64,000 nucleotides of DNA from Candidatus Uhrbacteria bacterium (lineage in GTDB: Bacteria; Patescibacteriota; Patescibacteriia; UBA9934). The notes beneath the pieces are model-generated. The model was not told where the DNA came from. It searched no databases and saw only the letters and a list, made by a program, of their open reading frames with translations. Shown piece after piece: positions 19,201 through 29,753 of this stretch (positions are counted from its first letter, which is position 1; every line of letters begins with the position of its first letter). A program made the translations under genes and the position numbers. The stretch spans positions 76,635-140,634 of the forward strand of contig JABJOE010000009.1 of assembly GCA_018664485.1 (NCBI GenBank). Reading direction: 5' to 3'.

Positions 19201-20574
19201 CTAAAACACAAACTCTTGCGAGAACATCGGAATGATTACCTCGCTATCAATTTCTTTTTCAATAAACTCTTTGAATTCTGGCTTTACCTTCTCATCACCG
19301 TGCACCAAAAATACCTGATCTATCTTCCCTTCTTTTGGTTTGAGCCAGGATCGTAGCTTGTTACGATCACCATGCGCCGAGAATGACCCGATAGCCTTGA
19401 TAGTCGCGTTTACATCTATATCCTTCTGGTGAATCTTAACTTTCTTTGCACCATCTTTAATCTGGCGCCCCAGAGTTCCCTCTGCCTGGTAACCGATGAT
19501 CAATACCCCGCTCTTTTTATCTGACAGATACCGAATAAGATGATGCAGGATTCTCCCACCTGTCATCATTCCGGATCCAGCAATAATAATCTTTGGGCCA
19601 CGATCGCTGTTGATCTTTTTCGACGCATCCATTCGCAACGTCTCCACCAAACGTGGGAACGTAAAGAAGTCATGGTCTGAACTTGAATGAATCGGCCGAT
19701 CAAAACGTAGATAATGTTTAAAATGTCTGTAAATTTCAGTAGCTTTAATTGCAAGCGGACTATCCAAATATACCGGAACCTTGGGTAGAACCCCCTCGTC
19801 TGCCAGCAGGTCCAACTCATAAAGTAACTCCTGTGTACGCTCGATCGAAAATGCAGGAATAAGCAATGTTCCTCCACGATTAATGATCGACGACACCATC
19901 TTTACCAACTCCTTATTACGTTGCGGAACAGGTTCATGATCGCGATTACCGTAAGTCGTCTCACATACAACTATATCCGCCTTCAAAATAGGCTCTGTGT
20001 CTGGTAGAATTGGTACCTCCTCATTTCCAATATCTCCACTAAATAGTAATCGTTTTGGTTTACCGTCTTCTGTTTCACTCCCTGGTACATCGATAGTTAC
20101 ATACGCAGAACCTAAGATATGACCTGCGTCGTGGAACATCACATTTACACCCGGAACAATCTCAAACTGAGTGTGGTATCCGATACCTTTCATCTGGGAT
20201 TCTGTTCTCTTTACATCATCAGGAGAAAATAAAATAATGTCACCATTACGCCGAGCATTTTCGGACATGACATGCTGAGCGTCTTCAAGCACGATAGATG
20301 CCAACGCTTTGGTTGGTGGAGTTGTATAAATCGTTCCCCGGAATCCCTGCTTCACGATGAGCGGATAGCGTCCGATGTGATCGTAATGAGCATGCGTGAT
20401 AATTCCAGCATCGATGTCCTTAGCATTAAATCCAACGTCTATCAGATTCTTATTAGACACCATTCGCTGACCCTGGAACATTCCACAGTCAACAAGTATT
20501 TTACTCTCTTTAAACTCCAACAAAAAACACGACCCGGTTACGCCGCGGACTCCTCCGTGAAAAGATAGCTTCAT
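19201..20574 (-). CDS. MBL-fold beta-CASP ribonuclease
   Basis: THAHYDHIG, AGHILGS, SGD, AGSGMMTGGR, FSAHGD, VHGD. Confidence 0.93.
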   Translation of the reverse strand: MKLSFHGGVRGVTGSCFLLEFKESKILVDCGMFQGQRMVSNKNLIDVGFNAKDIDAGIITHAHYDHIGRYPLIVKQGFRGTIYTTPPTKALASIVLEDAQHVMSENARRNGDIILFSPDDVKRTESQMKGIGYHTQFEIVPGVNVMFHDAGHILGSAYVTIDVPGSETEDGKPKRLLFSGDIGNEEVPILPDTEPILKADIVVCETTYGNRDHEPVPQRNKELVKMVSSIINRGGTLLIPAFSIERTQELLYELDLLADEGVLPKVPVYLDSPLAIKATEIYRHFKHYLRFDRPIHSSSDHDFFTFPRLVETLRMDASKKINSDRGPKIIIAGSGMMTGGRILHHLIRYLSDKKSGVLIIGYQAEGTLGRQIKDGAKKVKIHQKDIDVNATIKAIGSFSAHGDRNKLRSWLKPKEGKIDQVFLVHGDEKVKPEFKEFIEKEIDSEVIIPMFSQEFVF

Positions 20575-20580
20575 ATACTC

Positions 20581-21045
20581 CTATTTTTTCTGCAATTTAT
20601 ATAGCGAACCGGCAATGATCAGTATAGCGGCCTGTGATGCCAAACATAGTAAACACCATGTATGTAGAACGAAAGCCTCAATTCCCGTGAGATAGAGGCT
20701 AAAAACCAATCCACCCGCCCCTAAAATCAATAGTAGATCAAGAAGCTTTCGAGATTGATTCTGTGCATACATCATAATACCGACAAAAATCACAACGTAC
20801 GCTGCGATTCCCATAATTGATACTGGGATTCCAAAAATCTCAGAGTATGCACTTTGATTCACGAGATCACAATCAAACGTTTCGTTGATCTTGCAGAATC
20901 CTGTCGGTGCCGATCCGTAATGAGCTAATGCTGAATAGATTGAAACCAATACTCCAACTACCGCAGACACTGCGATGAGCGACGTTAGACGATCTACAGC
21001 GCTCGAACCGGCATCACAAATTGGTTGACTACACTTATCTTTCAT
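20581..21045 (-). CDS. Vitamin K epoxide reductase (VKOR) family protein
   Basis: C..C..V..S.YS..FGIPVS and TM CLLC motif. Confidence 0.9.
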   Translation of the reverse strand: MKDKCSQPICDAGSSAVDRLTSLIAVSAVVGVLVSIYSALAHYGSAPTGFCKINETFDCDLVNQSAYSEIFGIPVSIMGIAAYVVIFVGIMMYAQNQSRKLLDLLLILGAGGLVFSLYLTGIEAFVLHTWCLLCLASQAAILIIAGSLYKLQKK

Positions 21046-21124
21046 AATTTTCCGTATTATTTTACTGAAGTTTGTCGAGGAGCAGAGTTATAAGCCGACA
21101 ATAATCCGAAGATATTAATCCGGC

Positions 21125-21511
21125 TTATTCTGGCAGTTCACATCCAAACCACTCCCCTAGATCACTCATACTCTGAACACCACCATTACGCTCCCCCGTA
21201 TTTGTATTCTCCCAGGTTGGAGTCCCTGTAATGTCATCCTCGGCACAAAGGTCAAAGTTATTTGAACCACGTGAAGAACATTCCTTTTCATCAATGTATC
21301 TATACGCTGTTCCAAACATAGCCTCCTGAGTAGCACAATTACTACACCAATAAGCTGAGTAAACTTTTGCACCGTTATCATTAAGGCATTGCGCAAAATC
21401 ATCAAACTCTGATGGCGCAACGTTCTGCCATACGATTGAGCCCACCAAAAGTGCTAATACTGCTATTCCCCCAACAAAAACGCTCTTTGTAGATGACCAA
21501 GATGATGACAT
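21125..21511 (-). CDS. Membrane-anchored thioredoxin-like partner of VKOR
   Basis: FAQCL...YSAYWCSNC..Q..FG, ITGTPTW; adjacent to VKOR. Confidence 0.8.
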   Translation of the reverse strand: MSSSWSSTKSVFVGGIAVLALLVGSIVWQNVAPSEFDDFAQCLNDNGAKVYSAYWCSNCATQEAMFGTAYRYIDEKECSSRGSNNFDLCAEDDITGTPTWENTNTGERNGGVQSMSDLGEWFGCELPE

Positions 21512-21561
21512 AACGCAAAAACTTACAGATTATGGATACATGATACGATGAACGTAAAGGA

Positions 21562-21590
21562 TTGACAATCGCTCGATTTTTTAGCATACT
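21562..21590 (+). promoter_or_regulatory. Sigma70 promoter giving near-leaderless dusB mRNA
   Basis: TTGACA-17-CATACT, then 8 nt to ATG. Confidence 0.65.
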
Positions 21591-21598
21591 ACTGCCTT

Positions 21599-22597
21599 AT
21601 GAAACTCGACTGGAACAATATCGAGCGTCCAATATTGGCCCTATCACCAATGGCGGACATGACAGACTCTGCGTACTGCCAGATTGTACGTAATGTTGTT
21701 AATGGATCAATCCCACAATCCCGACTTATTGTTTTTCGTGAGATGGTATCGTCCGAAGCTGTTGTTCGTGGAAATGAAAAAACTCTCGGAATGACAGAAA
21801 TACATCCTGCAGAACGTCCGCTGGTTCAGCAAATTTTTGGATCAAATCCAGATGTAATGGCTCGCGCTGCAAGTTTTATACAAGAGAATTACAGTCCAGA
21901 AGGAATCGACATCAACATGGGATGCCCCGTTTACAAAATCACACACAACTTTAATGGATCAGCGCTCATGAAGGACCCTGATCTTGCGGTAAGCATCGTA
22001 AAAGCGATGAAGAAAACAATTACAGTACCTCTATCTGTAAAGATGCGTGCCGGTTGGTCAGATCACAACGAGTGCATCGAATTTGCAAAGATTATCGAAG
22101 ATGCTGGCGCTGACTTGATCACAGTACATGGCCGTACAAAAAAACAAGGCTACTCAGGGCTTTCAAATAGAGAGGTTGTAGCGAAGGTAAAACAGAGTGT
22201 ATCTATCCCCGTACTCTACAATGGAGATGTATTCACATGGCAAGATTATTTTGAAGCATTGGAGCAGACAAAATGTGACGGAGTGCTAATCGCACGAGGT
22301 GGACTCGGTAATCCCTGGATCTTCAAACAGATAGAGCAAAAACTGGCAGGACAAATACCAGACGAAGTTTCGCTTGAAGAACGTATCAAAGTAACAATCG
22401 AACATCTTGATCAACACCTCGCACAATATGGTCAAGACCGTCTACCAACTTTCCGAAAACACATATCGTGGTATCTCAAAGGTCTTTCAGGATTCAAGCC
22501 GTACAAACAAATTATTATGACGGCAAAAGATCGCGATACTGTTGTCAAAACGCTAGAGCAATTCCTACACGATCAACCATTGACATCAAAGGCTTAA
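21599..22597 (+). CDS. dusB: tRNA dihydrouridine synthase
   Basis: LSPMADMTD, IDINMGCP, VHGRT, NGDV, IARG.LGNPWIF. Confidence 0.93.
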   Translation: MKLDWNNIERPILALSPMADMTDSAYCQIVRNVVNGSIPQSRLIVFREMVSSEAVVRGNEKTLGMTEIHPAERPLVQQIFGSNPDVMARAASFIQENYSPEGIDINMGCPVYKITHNFNGSALMKDPDLAVSIVKAMKKTITVPLSVKMRAGWSDHNECIEFAKIIEDAGADLITVHGRTKKQGYSGLSNREVVAKVKQSVSIPVLYNGDVFTWQDYFEALEQTKCDGVLIARGGLGNPWIFKQIEQKLAGQIPDEVSLEERIKVTIEHLDQHLAQYGQDRLPTFRKHISWYLKGLSGFKPYKQIIMTAKDRDTVVKTLEQFLHDQPLTSKA

Positions 22598-22637
22598 AAG
22601 ACTAGAATAGCGGCGTTATCAACTCTCTCCCCTTTTT

Positions 22638-23579
22638 ATGAGAATTGGAATTCTTTCATTTGTTAGTAGCCCAAAAGGACTTGCCAAAGGAACAAAGAAG
22701 ATTATCAAAGAGGCAAAGTCCCGCGGCCACAAAGTTAACGTTTTATATACCCCTTATGTGGGGCTAGTTTTCGGGAACGGGAAACAACTGACATACAAAG
22801 GCAAGGTTTTAGCACCTGAGAAATACGATGTTATAGTGGTTCGTCCAGGATTTACAGCTGATCCAAGCGTAAATTCATCAATCATCAAACAATTCCAATT
22901 AGCAGGGTTCTACGTTCTAAACGGGTACATCGGAGTATTCCGCGCAAAGAACAAGATTCGAACGATGCAGATGCTTGATCATTTCGGTATCCCAGTTCCT
23001 AAAACAGTTGTACTGAAAGACTCTGGTTTACTTGCTGAGGCAGCGCAGGAATTCCGATACCCTATCATCATCAAAGCAGTCTACGGAACTCATGGGCGCG
23101 GAGTATTTCTCGCGGAATCAAAGCGATCACTAAAACCTATTGTTGAATACTTAACAGCGAAAGAGAAAGGGCCGGTCTTCATTCAGGAATATATAGCCGA
23201 AGCGAAAGGAAAAGATCTACGTGTATTCGTGCTTGGTAAGAAGATCGTTGCAGCCACAGAACGATTTGCCAAAGGTGGAGAGTTTCGCGCCAACTTCAGC
23301 ATTGGAGGAGGATTGCAAAATGTTGTACTTACAAAAGAAGAAAAAGATGTTTCAAAACGTGCCGCTCAAGTTTTGAACCTAGACATTGCCGGAGTAGACA
23401 TCCTTCGAACTAAAACGGGTCCAAAAGTTATCGAAGTGAATTCCAACCCAGGAATTACAAGTATTGAAAAAGGATCTGGAATAAACGTAACGGAGAAACT
23501 TGTAAACTTCATAGAGCATCGCGTTGAAAAATACGGCAAGAATAGAAAGCCTCTCAAAAAACGAGCAATGAAAGAATAG
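22638..23579 (+). CDS. rimK: RimK-family ATP-grasp alpha-L-glutamate ligase
   Basis: GTHGRGV, QEYIAE.KGKDLRV, FRANFSIGG, GVDIL, EVNSNPG. Confidence 0.85.
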   Translation: MRIGILSFVSSPKGLAKGTKKIIKEAKSRGHKVNVLYTPYVGLVFGNGKQLTYKGKVLAPEKYDVIVVRPGFTADPSVNSSIIKQFQLAGFYVLNGYIGVFRAKNKIRTMQMLDHFGIPVPKTVVLKDSGLLAEAAQEFRYPIIIKAVYGTHGRGVFLAESKRSLKPIVEYLTAKEKGPVFIQEYIAEAKGKDLRVFVLGKKIVAATERFAKGGEFRANFSIGGGLQNVVLTKEEKDVSKRAAQVLNLDIAGVDILRTKTGPKVIEVNSNPGITSIEKGSGINVTEKLVNFIEHRVEKYGKNRKPLKKRAMKE

Positions 23580-23591
23580 AAAAAATGACCT

Positions 23592-23960
23592 TTACAGGTC
23601 ATTTTTACTTTCTAACAATTCACGACACAAGCCGATATCGTATATAATTTTTTGCCGCAGTCTTTCTGTCGAATATCCTCTCACGTACTCACTTATTTTC
23701 TCTACAATCTCGCATGAGAGTTCATGGCCAACGATATCTTTATCAAAATCTAGAATATGAATTTCCAACTTTCGCCCACCCTCATCTCCGTAGCATACTG
23801 AAGATCCATAACGAGTACCATCGTGCTCGACCCATGCAGCATAAATACCATGCTCCAGATCAGGCATAACAGCAGCCTCCATATTAGCTGTAGCAGCACC
23901 AAAGATTCGTTGCGCTACGCCATCACCCTTTACGACTTTTCCTTTAAAAGAAATATCCAT
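23592..23960 (-). CDS. Stand-alone riboflavin kinase domain protein
   Basis: GKVVKG...ATAN, GIYA, EIHILDF. Confidence 0.75.
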   Translation of the reverse strand: MDISFKGKVVKGDGVAQRIFGAATANMEAAVMPDLEHGIYAAWVEHDGTRYGSSVCYGDEGGRKLEIHILDFDKDIVGHELSCEIVEKISEYVRGYSTERLRQKIIYDIGLCRELLESKNDL

Positions 23961-24039
23961 AAAATTCAACGGTAAGGAGTATAACAGGAAGTCTATCTGG
24001 GTTCAATCGTCTACTGTAAGGCTATAATTTACAAAAATG

Positions 24040-25341
24040 CTAGGTATTTAGCCATTTTCCATCTTGTCGAACCAATAGCTCATTTGCACGACCAGGCTCT
24101 GCCATAACGTCCTTTACAACTTTCTCCATCCTGGAGGACTGAGAACCCTTCACATAAACCACATCCCCCTGCTGAATGATGCCATCTAAGAAACGTCCAG
24201 CATCCTCACTATTGCCAAATATATGCACTGCATTTGCGTCCATTCCGGCCTCTTTTGCAGCATCAATTGCGATACCCATCCGATCACCAACTCCGATAAA
24301 TATATCAGCACACTCTGGCACCTTCATTCCAACGAAACGATGCTCTTGCTCGTCATACGCTCCCAACTCCGCCATCTGACCGAGTACGGCTATTCTACGG
24401 TCGACTTTTTCTCCAGGTTGAAATTGTTTTAGTACGTCCAATCCATGCTGCATCGCTGCAGGTGCTGCGTTGTACGAATCATCAATAATCAGTGAGCCCT
24501 TAATCCCCGCAAGTGGACGAAGCCGTCCTGGCAAAGCGTGAATATCTTTGTTAAGGGCATCGATTGAATCTGACATTGATACATTAAGATAATCCCCGAC
24601 AGTAAGTGCCGCTAAACACGTGAGTACCGGAGCGTACCCGATAGCATTCTCAAGCCTCAGCGATCCGACTGTATGACCTCCCACCTCTACAGACGCCGTT
24701 GTAATAGAAAATACTTCACCGATATCAAAGTCATCATCTAATCGGGTTGAAAGAGCAATGTTAGTCGCTCGCACATCCGACAACTCGCCGGCACCGTAAC
24801 GAAGAACATCAGCTTTCGTTTCGTCAGCCATTGCACTTACACGAGGATCGTCACCATTAAGTACCGCAAGACCAACACCTTTTCCTTTAAGTACTCGCAC
24901 GAGGTGAGCCTTCTCGGTAGTCAAAGCATCCAGATCCGCAAAATATTCGGCATGAACAGGCGACACTCCGGTTACAACTCCGATCTTTGGAGGAGCCAAC
25001 TCGCATAACGCTTTAATGTCACCTGGGTGATCTGCTCCGAATTCCAAAACCAATACCTCTGGCATTTCTTTTAGTCGACGAGCCCGCCATAACAACGACA
25101 GCCAACCGATAGACGACCGACCTGGACTCTTCATCCCGAGGATGGTGAGAGGAACGCCGATCTCGTTATTATAGTTCTTCTCAGCAGTACGTACTTTATA
25201 TTTAGTACGAAGAACCGTAGCTACAGCATCTTTGGTTGATGTCTTTCCAAACGATCCGGTTACAGCAACTATAATTGGCTTATGTTGCTCGATTGCTCGT
25301 TTAGCAGCCGACTGCAGTTTTGATACTAGAAATTTTTTCAT
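24040..25341 (-). CDS. murF: UDP-MurNAc-tripeptide--D-Ala-D-Ala ligase
   Basis: VTGSFGKTSTK, NNEIGVPLT, DDSYNA, GQMAELG, VKGS. Confidence 0.93.
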   Translation of the reverse strand: MKKFLVSKLQSAAKRAIEQHKPIIVAVTGSFGKTSTKDAVATVLRTKYKVRTAEKNYNNEIGVPLTILGMKSPGRSSIGWLSLLWRARRLKEMPEVLVLEFGADHPGDIKALCELAPPKIGVVTGVSPVHAEYFADLDALTTEKAHLVRVLKGKGVGLAVLNGDDPRVSAMADETKADVLRYGAGELSDVRATNIALSTRLDDDFDIGEVFSITTASVEVGGHTVGSLRLENAIGYAPVLTCLAALTVGDYLNVSMSDSIDALNKDIHALPGRLRPLAGIKGSLIIDDSYNAAPAAMQHGLDVLKQFQPGEKVDRRIAVLGQMAELGAYDEQEHRFVGMKVPECADIFIGVGDRMGIAIDAAKEAGMDANAVHIFGNSEDAGRFLDGIIQQGDVVYVKGSQSSRMEKVVKDVMAEPGRANELLVRQDGKWLNT

Positions 25342-25427
25342 ATTTGGAGCTTATTACTCTTTGATTTTAGCCCATAGACTGACCTAAATCAATGAACAGA
25401 CTTTCAACTGTGTACAAAGTTTGATCG

Positions 25428-27266
25428 CTATCTACTCGGAGCGATCTCCAGGTAATCAAGCATAAAATCTGCTATCTCACCGAAAATTGGTGCCGCAGTG
25501 TCGGCGGCCCACGGAGTTGCTCGAGGATGCTCTATCTTCACCACCATAACGAACTGTGGATTTTCAATCGGACCAAAACCTACAAAAGTAGCATTTGTGA
25601 GATCTTCTGAATAACCACCGCTATCGGCAACCTGAGCTGTACCAGTTTTTCCAGCAATGTAATACCCATCAACTCCAGCCAATCCGGCATGCCCATTCTC
25701 AATCACTGACACTAGCATTGCCCCTATCGTCGTTGCCGTTGTCTTGTCGAGTACCTGTCGCACACTGCGTGGGGACATATGCTCAACGGTCCCGTCAGTA
25801 TAACGTTTTTCATCAACCACATAGGGCTGCATCAGCCAACCGCCATTTGCAATCGCACCATAAGCAGCAGCGATCTGCATTGGCGTCGACGTTATACCCT
25901 GACCATAACTACCAGTAGCATAATAAATCTCGTGATCTTTATACAAAGATTCAATAGTTCCACTTACCTCGGTATCCAAATCGATCCCCGACAATGTTCC
26001 AAATCCAAAATCTTCGTAATATCGAGTCATTACAAGACCTGTCATCTGGCGCATCACGAAAATCATTCCCGTGTTTAATGATTCTTCCAGAACCTGCGTC
26101 ATGGTCTGCAGCCCATGTGACTTCAAGTCCGAGTTTCGAATAGTGTACTCTTCAATTTCCTCCTCCCCGGTATCAACATAGGTAGTACTTGGAGTAACCG
26201 CTCCCACATCAATCGCCCCAGCCATTACCAACGCCTTCATCACAGACCCCGGCTCATACGCTGTGAAAATGGCATCGTTGTTGTACACAGCGACATCTTC
26301 TACTTCATTATACGCATTAGGATCGAAGTCTGGTGCGCCACACATGGCGATTACACGTCCCGTTGCAGGCTCTAGGATGACCACAGACCCGCCATCGGCA
26401 TCATATCGCTCAACTCCCTCTTGAAGCTTCCTGCACGCAGCGTGCTGGATTGTGCGATCGATTGTAAGCAGTAAGTCTCCCCCATCTTTTGCAGCTTCAA
26501 ACTCACGGCGTCCAACACCAATCCATCGCCCTACAGAATCAGTCTGAGCGTCTAGGAATCCGTTATCTCCATCGAGAAAATCGTTATAATAACCTTCAAG
26601 GCCATACTGTCCATATATCCCTTCGTTGGTATTTGAAACAAAGCCAAAGAGATGACCTCCCATGTTTACCTCTGGGTAAGATCTGACATCTTCGAGAATA
26701 TAGTAAATACCATCCAGCTCCAGTTCTAGAATTTTGTCTAAAGTTGATTCTGGTACATGACGTTCTATCGGTTCATATGGATCGTTCTCTTTTGAAAGTC
26801 GTTCAAGTAAAATTTCGTATTCTGAAAATTCAGGAGCCACTTCAGCTTCCTCGACAGGTACAGTCTCCTCGCCGTCAATTTCATCTAGCAATAAATCCAG
26901 TACATCATCGGGTTCTGTAATTTCAATTTCGTATCCTAAAATTTTCGCTATTGCGAGCGCTGTATATTCGGGGTCTTCAATCTTTCGAGGTTCTGCGTAG
27001 ATGAATGCTCGAGCTTCATTTGTAGCTGCAGCGTACTCACTGTCGTCTTTCCAATCTTTTACATATATAGTCCCCCGTTCTGCAATGAGCTCTTTATATA
27101 CATCATGCTGTCCGGAAGCAAGTGACGCATAAAACCCAGCATTTACAACCTGCAATGTAAAAAGTCTAAAAACAAGTAATCCAGCAAAAACAAAAAAGAA
27201 CGCTCGAAGGGCATTGAAGCGCCAATCTTTGCGTGTCTTTGTTGATTTTCTCTTACGAGGAGGCAT
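25428..27266 (-). CDS. ftsI: Class B penicillin-binding protein (FtsI-like)
   Basis: EPGSVMK (SxxK), SLN (SxN), KTGTAQ; N-terminal TM; upstream of murF. Confidence 0.85.
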   Translation of the reverse strand: MPPRKRKSTKTRKDWRFNALRAFFFVFAGLLVFRLFTLQVVNAGFYASLASGQHDVYKELIAERGTIYVKDWKDDSEYAAATNEARAFIYAEPRKIEDPEYTALAIAKILGYEIEITEPDDVLDLLLDEIDGEETVPVEEAEVAPEFSEYEILLERLSKENDPYEPIERHVPESTLDKILELELDGIYYILEDVRSYPEVNMGGHLFGFVSNTNEGIYGQYGLEGYYNDFLDGDNGFLDAQTDSVGRWIGVGRREFEAAKDGGDLLLTIDRTIQHAACRKLQEGVERYDADGGSVVILEPATGRVIAMCGAPDFDPNAYNEVEDVAVYNNDAIFTAYEPGSVMKALVMAGAIDVGAVTPSTTYVDTGEEEIEEYTIRNSDLKSHGLQTMTQVLEESLNTGMIFVMRQMTGLVMTRYYEDFGFGTLSGIDLDTEVSGTIESLYKDHEIYYATGSYGQGITSTPMQIAAAYGAIANGGWLMQPYVVDEKRYTDGTVEHMSPRSVRQVLDKTTATTIGAMLVSVIENGHAGLAGVDGYYIAGKTGTAQVADSGGYSEDLTNATFVGFGPIENPQFVMVVKIEHPRATPWAADTAAPIFGEIADFMLDYLEIAPSR

Positions 27267-27301
27267 GAGCGCATTATAGCAGGAGGCGCCTATCACCTCC
27301 A

Positions 27302-27733
27302 CTACGTAGCACTCACATCATCCTCTGCAACGATCTGACCGATTGAAACCACTCGGTCTCCTGTAACGTCAGATATAACAACTCGGAGGAGCTCTCCCTC
27401 ACTTTCAAAGTCTTTAAACGTAACAGGCTCAATAACTACACCATCCTCGTCGATCACGTTACCCTTCCCTTCGTAAGAAAACTCAAAGTCTTTGTTGCGG
27501 AATACGACGATAGCCTCACTTGGGTCTACATCTTCATCAGCTTCTTCAAAAAGCATAATCTCATCAGATCCGATGTCGATAGATAGCCAACGTCCGCTCT
27601 CATTGCGAATCCAATAAACACTCTCACCTGTATCTAAAACGGCCTGATCGATTGTGTCTGGGTCGAAAGACAAGCTCTTAACAAGAACCGGCTGCTCCTC
27701 CTGTAGACGGCTTAATAGGTCTTGGATATTCAT
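27302..27733 (-). CDS. Acidic hypothetical protein
   Basis: Start reassigned to MNIQDLL, with TATACT 8 nt upstream. Confidence 0.6.
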   Translation of the reverse strand: MNIQDLLSRLQEEQPVLVKSLSFDPDTIDQAVLDTGESVYWIRNESGRWLSIDIGSDEIMLFEEADEDVDPSEAIVVFRNKDFEFSYEGKGNVIDEDGVVIEPVTFKDFESEGELLRVVISDVTGDRVVSIGQIVAEDDVSAT

Positions 27734-27797
27734 ACGAAAAGAGTATAACGCTCTGTGGGTTTTTTTGTAAATACCTAGCGCGGAATTGTCCACATTA

Positions 27798-27929
27798 TTG
27801 ACTATTTGGCTCAAAATTGCTAACTTAATTCCTTCTTCGCTTTTCTGGCGTGGAGAGGGCTTACGGACCCTGGCAATGCCAAAGACGTAAAAACAACCTG
27901 AAACCTTGCGCCAGTGGCGCGGAGGTAAT
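27798..27929 (+). promoter_or_regulatory. Promoter plus structured leader of orphan gene
   Basis: TTGACT-17-TAACTT, leader starting AATTCCT, several hairpins, GGAGGT SD. Confidence 0.55.
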
Positions 27930-28733
27930 ATGAGACGACCAGACGATACACCCCTTCCCAACCAGTCAACATTCGAAAAGGCCGTAATGGGACACGGTGA
28001 TTGCACGTACTTCGGTACCATGTTCACAAAGTCGCAGGCACAAGCCGGCAAGTCGGTAGATCGGGCGTACGAAGCAGCCGCTACGGCAGCGGGCATGCTG
28101 ACGACTGATGGAAGGGACGAAGTAGATATTCCCGGCGACTTTTTCGTAGGTCGCTGCTCTGCGGCAAATGAGAATGGACACTCGTGGTTCACGGCTCACT
28201 GGTTCGAATATAGGCTTCCTTTGTACGGAATGATGCTGACCAATCCCGAGTATCAAGCGACAGCGCTCCTGCTTGCAGGATATCTCCAGCTTGGCGAAGG
28301 GATAACCGGAAAGAAATTCGCTCACTACAGGGTACTCGAAGGACTGAAGTTTCTTCCAATCGTCCTGTCCCCCTCGGGCATTCGGTTCTACATGTATCGT
28401 CCGACCACAGAGAGTATGCGCAAAGCGGCGATACAGTTCGCAGAAGTCCTCACGCGCATGCGCGCTCACGGATTTCTGAGCAAAGAAGGTTTGATGAATG
28501 CATTCCTGAGCGTGCACACAATTCTGGGAATCAAGCGGGTACAGGACCTTGCTCGTAATGAAGTTACTGCAGAGTCAATTGCTGCCGCCATTGCAGCCCT
28601 CCATACAGAGTTCGTGGAATCCCTAGGCGGAATGACTGGCGGTTCCCTGGGCATGGTTCTCAGGGATGTCGGACACGGCCCGCACGATACAAAGCTCTTC
28701 GACGCTGGTAAAGGCAAAATTCGTCGGAGCTAG
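27930..28733 (+). CDS. Orphan hypothetical protein (~267 aa)
   Basis: GGAGGT-N3-ATG; terminator CCGCCATCGAC..GTCGGTGGCGG at ~28745-28785. Confidence 0.7.
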   Translation: MRRPDDTPLPNQSTFEKAVMGHGDCTYFGTMFTKSQAQAGKSVDRAYEAAATAAGMLTTDGRDEVDIPGDFFVGRCSAANENGHSWFTAHWFEYRLPLYGMMLTNPEYQATALLLAGYLQLGEGITGKKFAHYRVLEGLKFLPIVLSPSGIRFYMYRPTTESMRKAAIQFAEVLTRMRAHGFLSKEGLMNAFLSVHTILGIKRVQDLARNEVTAESIAAAIAALHTEFVESLGGMTGGSLGMVLRDVGHGPHDTKLFDAGKGKIRRS

Positions 28734-28815
28734 CTGCCACTCGTCCGCCATCGACCCTCGTGTCGGTGGCGGGCTGTTGCTTTTAACCAACTATTCACCA
28801 CACGCTTTAAAATAT

Positions 28816-29403
28816 TTAAAAATCCAATCCCTCGCGAGCTTTTACTCCTGAATAGAAATAGTGACGTTCAAGTTTTGATTCTGTAATTAAATGGGCGGCT
28901 TCTAAAAATTCAGGACATGGATCACGGCCGGTCAAAATAACTTCTACATCTTCGTTCTTTTGCGCAAGAGCATCTAAAACCAGCTTTGAATCGAGCATCC
29001 CAAGATCAGTTGTAGAGTTTATTTCATCGAGGATAACAAGACTGTATTCACCGCTCGTTAAAAACCCTCGTGTTAACTCAAGTCCGCGACTCGCTTCTTT
29101 CTTATCGATGTCTGTAATTGAAAAATCAAAGCGTCCATTCACAGGATCTATTCGATCACGACCTGTTACGAAATAATCAATGTTTTCTATTTTATCTAGC
29201 GCAAGGCGCTCGAAGTAATGATCATTCCCACCTTTATCAAAATAAACAATAGTCACTTTGCGACCTGATCCAGCACAACGAATTGCCTGCCCAAGCGCCG
29301 CCGTTGTCTTTCCTTTACCATGCCCGTGAATGAGCTGAATAAGTCCATACCCTTGCCTTCCAAGGATTCGTTTATCCGCTATTGGTTGTTGTTTTTCCGT
29401 CAT
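28816..29403 (-). CDS. cobO: Cob(I)alamin adenosyltransferase (CobO/BtuR family)
   Basis: GHGKGKTTAALG, LVILDEI, EVILTGR, G.KAREGLDF. Confidence 0.9.
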   Translation of the reverse strand: MTEKQQPIADKRILGRQGYGLIQLIHGHGKGKTTAALGQAIRCAGSGRKVTIVYFDKGGNDHYFERLALDKIENIDYFVTGRDRIDPVNGRFDFSITDIDKKEASRGLELTRGFLTSGEYSLVILDEINSTTDLGMLDSKLVLDALAQKNEDVEVILTGRDPCPEFLEAAHLITESKLERHYFYSGVKAREGLDF

Positions 29404-29407
29404 AAAA

Positions 29408-29484
29408 TTGACAAAGCCTTGTTTTGTATTAAAATTTGATCAAATTCCTGCGTCACATACCAGGTCGGTTTACGAAAGTGAACT
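29408..29484 (+). promoter_or_regulatory. Promoter and conserved two-hairpin leader, cassette 1
   Basis: TTGACA-16-TAAAAT; AATTCCTG.GT.AC.CAGG TC GGTTTAC-GAAA-GTGAACT. Confidence 0.65.
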
Positions 29485-29537
29485 AAGTAGGAAAATTTCA
29501 CCTCACCAAATGAAATCTATTGAAGCTGGAGGATACC

Positions 29538-29753
29538 ATGGCTCTGGATGACGTTTTGGCAAGAGAGATGGGTCGTGAACCTGCAGCCGGCCACCAAGGA
29601 CAGACACGCGCACCCACTGACCAATCAATCGGTAATGCGATGAGATTCGCTGCCGCATGTAGACGACTCTCAGCGAGAGCGAGGCACGGCCACCACAAGC
29701 GACTCCCACGACGCCAAACAGAACAAGAAACGCCCCATTGGCACATCGACTAG
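29538..29753 (+). CDS. Orphan 71-aa protein ending WHID
   Basis: GGAGGA SD; same 3' end as next cassette. Confidence 0.55.
   Translation: MALDDVLAREMGREPAAGHQGQTRAPTDQSIGNAMRFAAACRRLSARARHGHHKRLPRRQTEQETPHWHID

Noticed and set aside
27734-28192. N-terminal half of the 296-aa ORF 27302..28192
   Set aside because: It overlaps the promoter, leader and start of the opposite-strand orphan. A -10 box supports the start at 27733.
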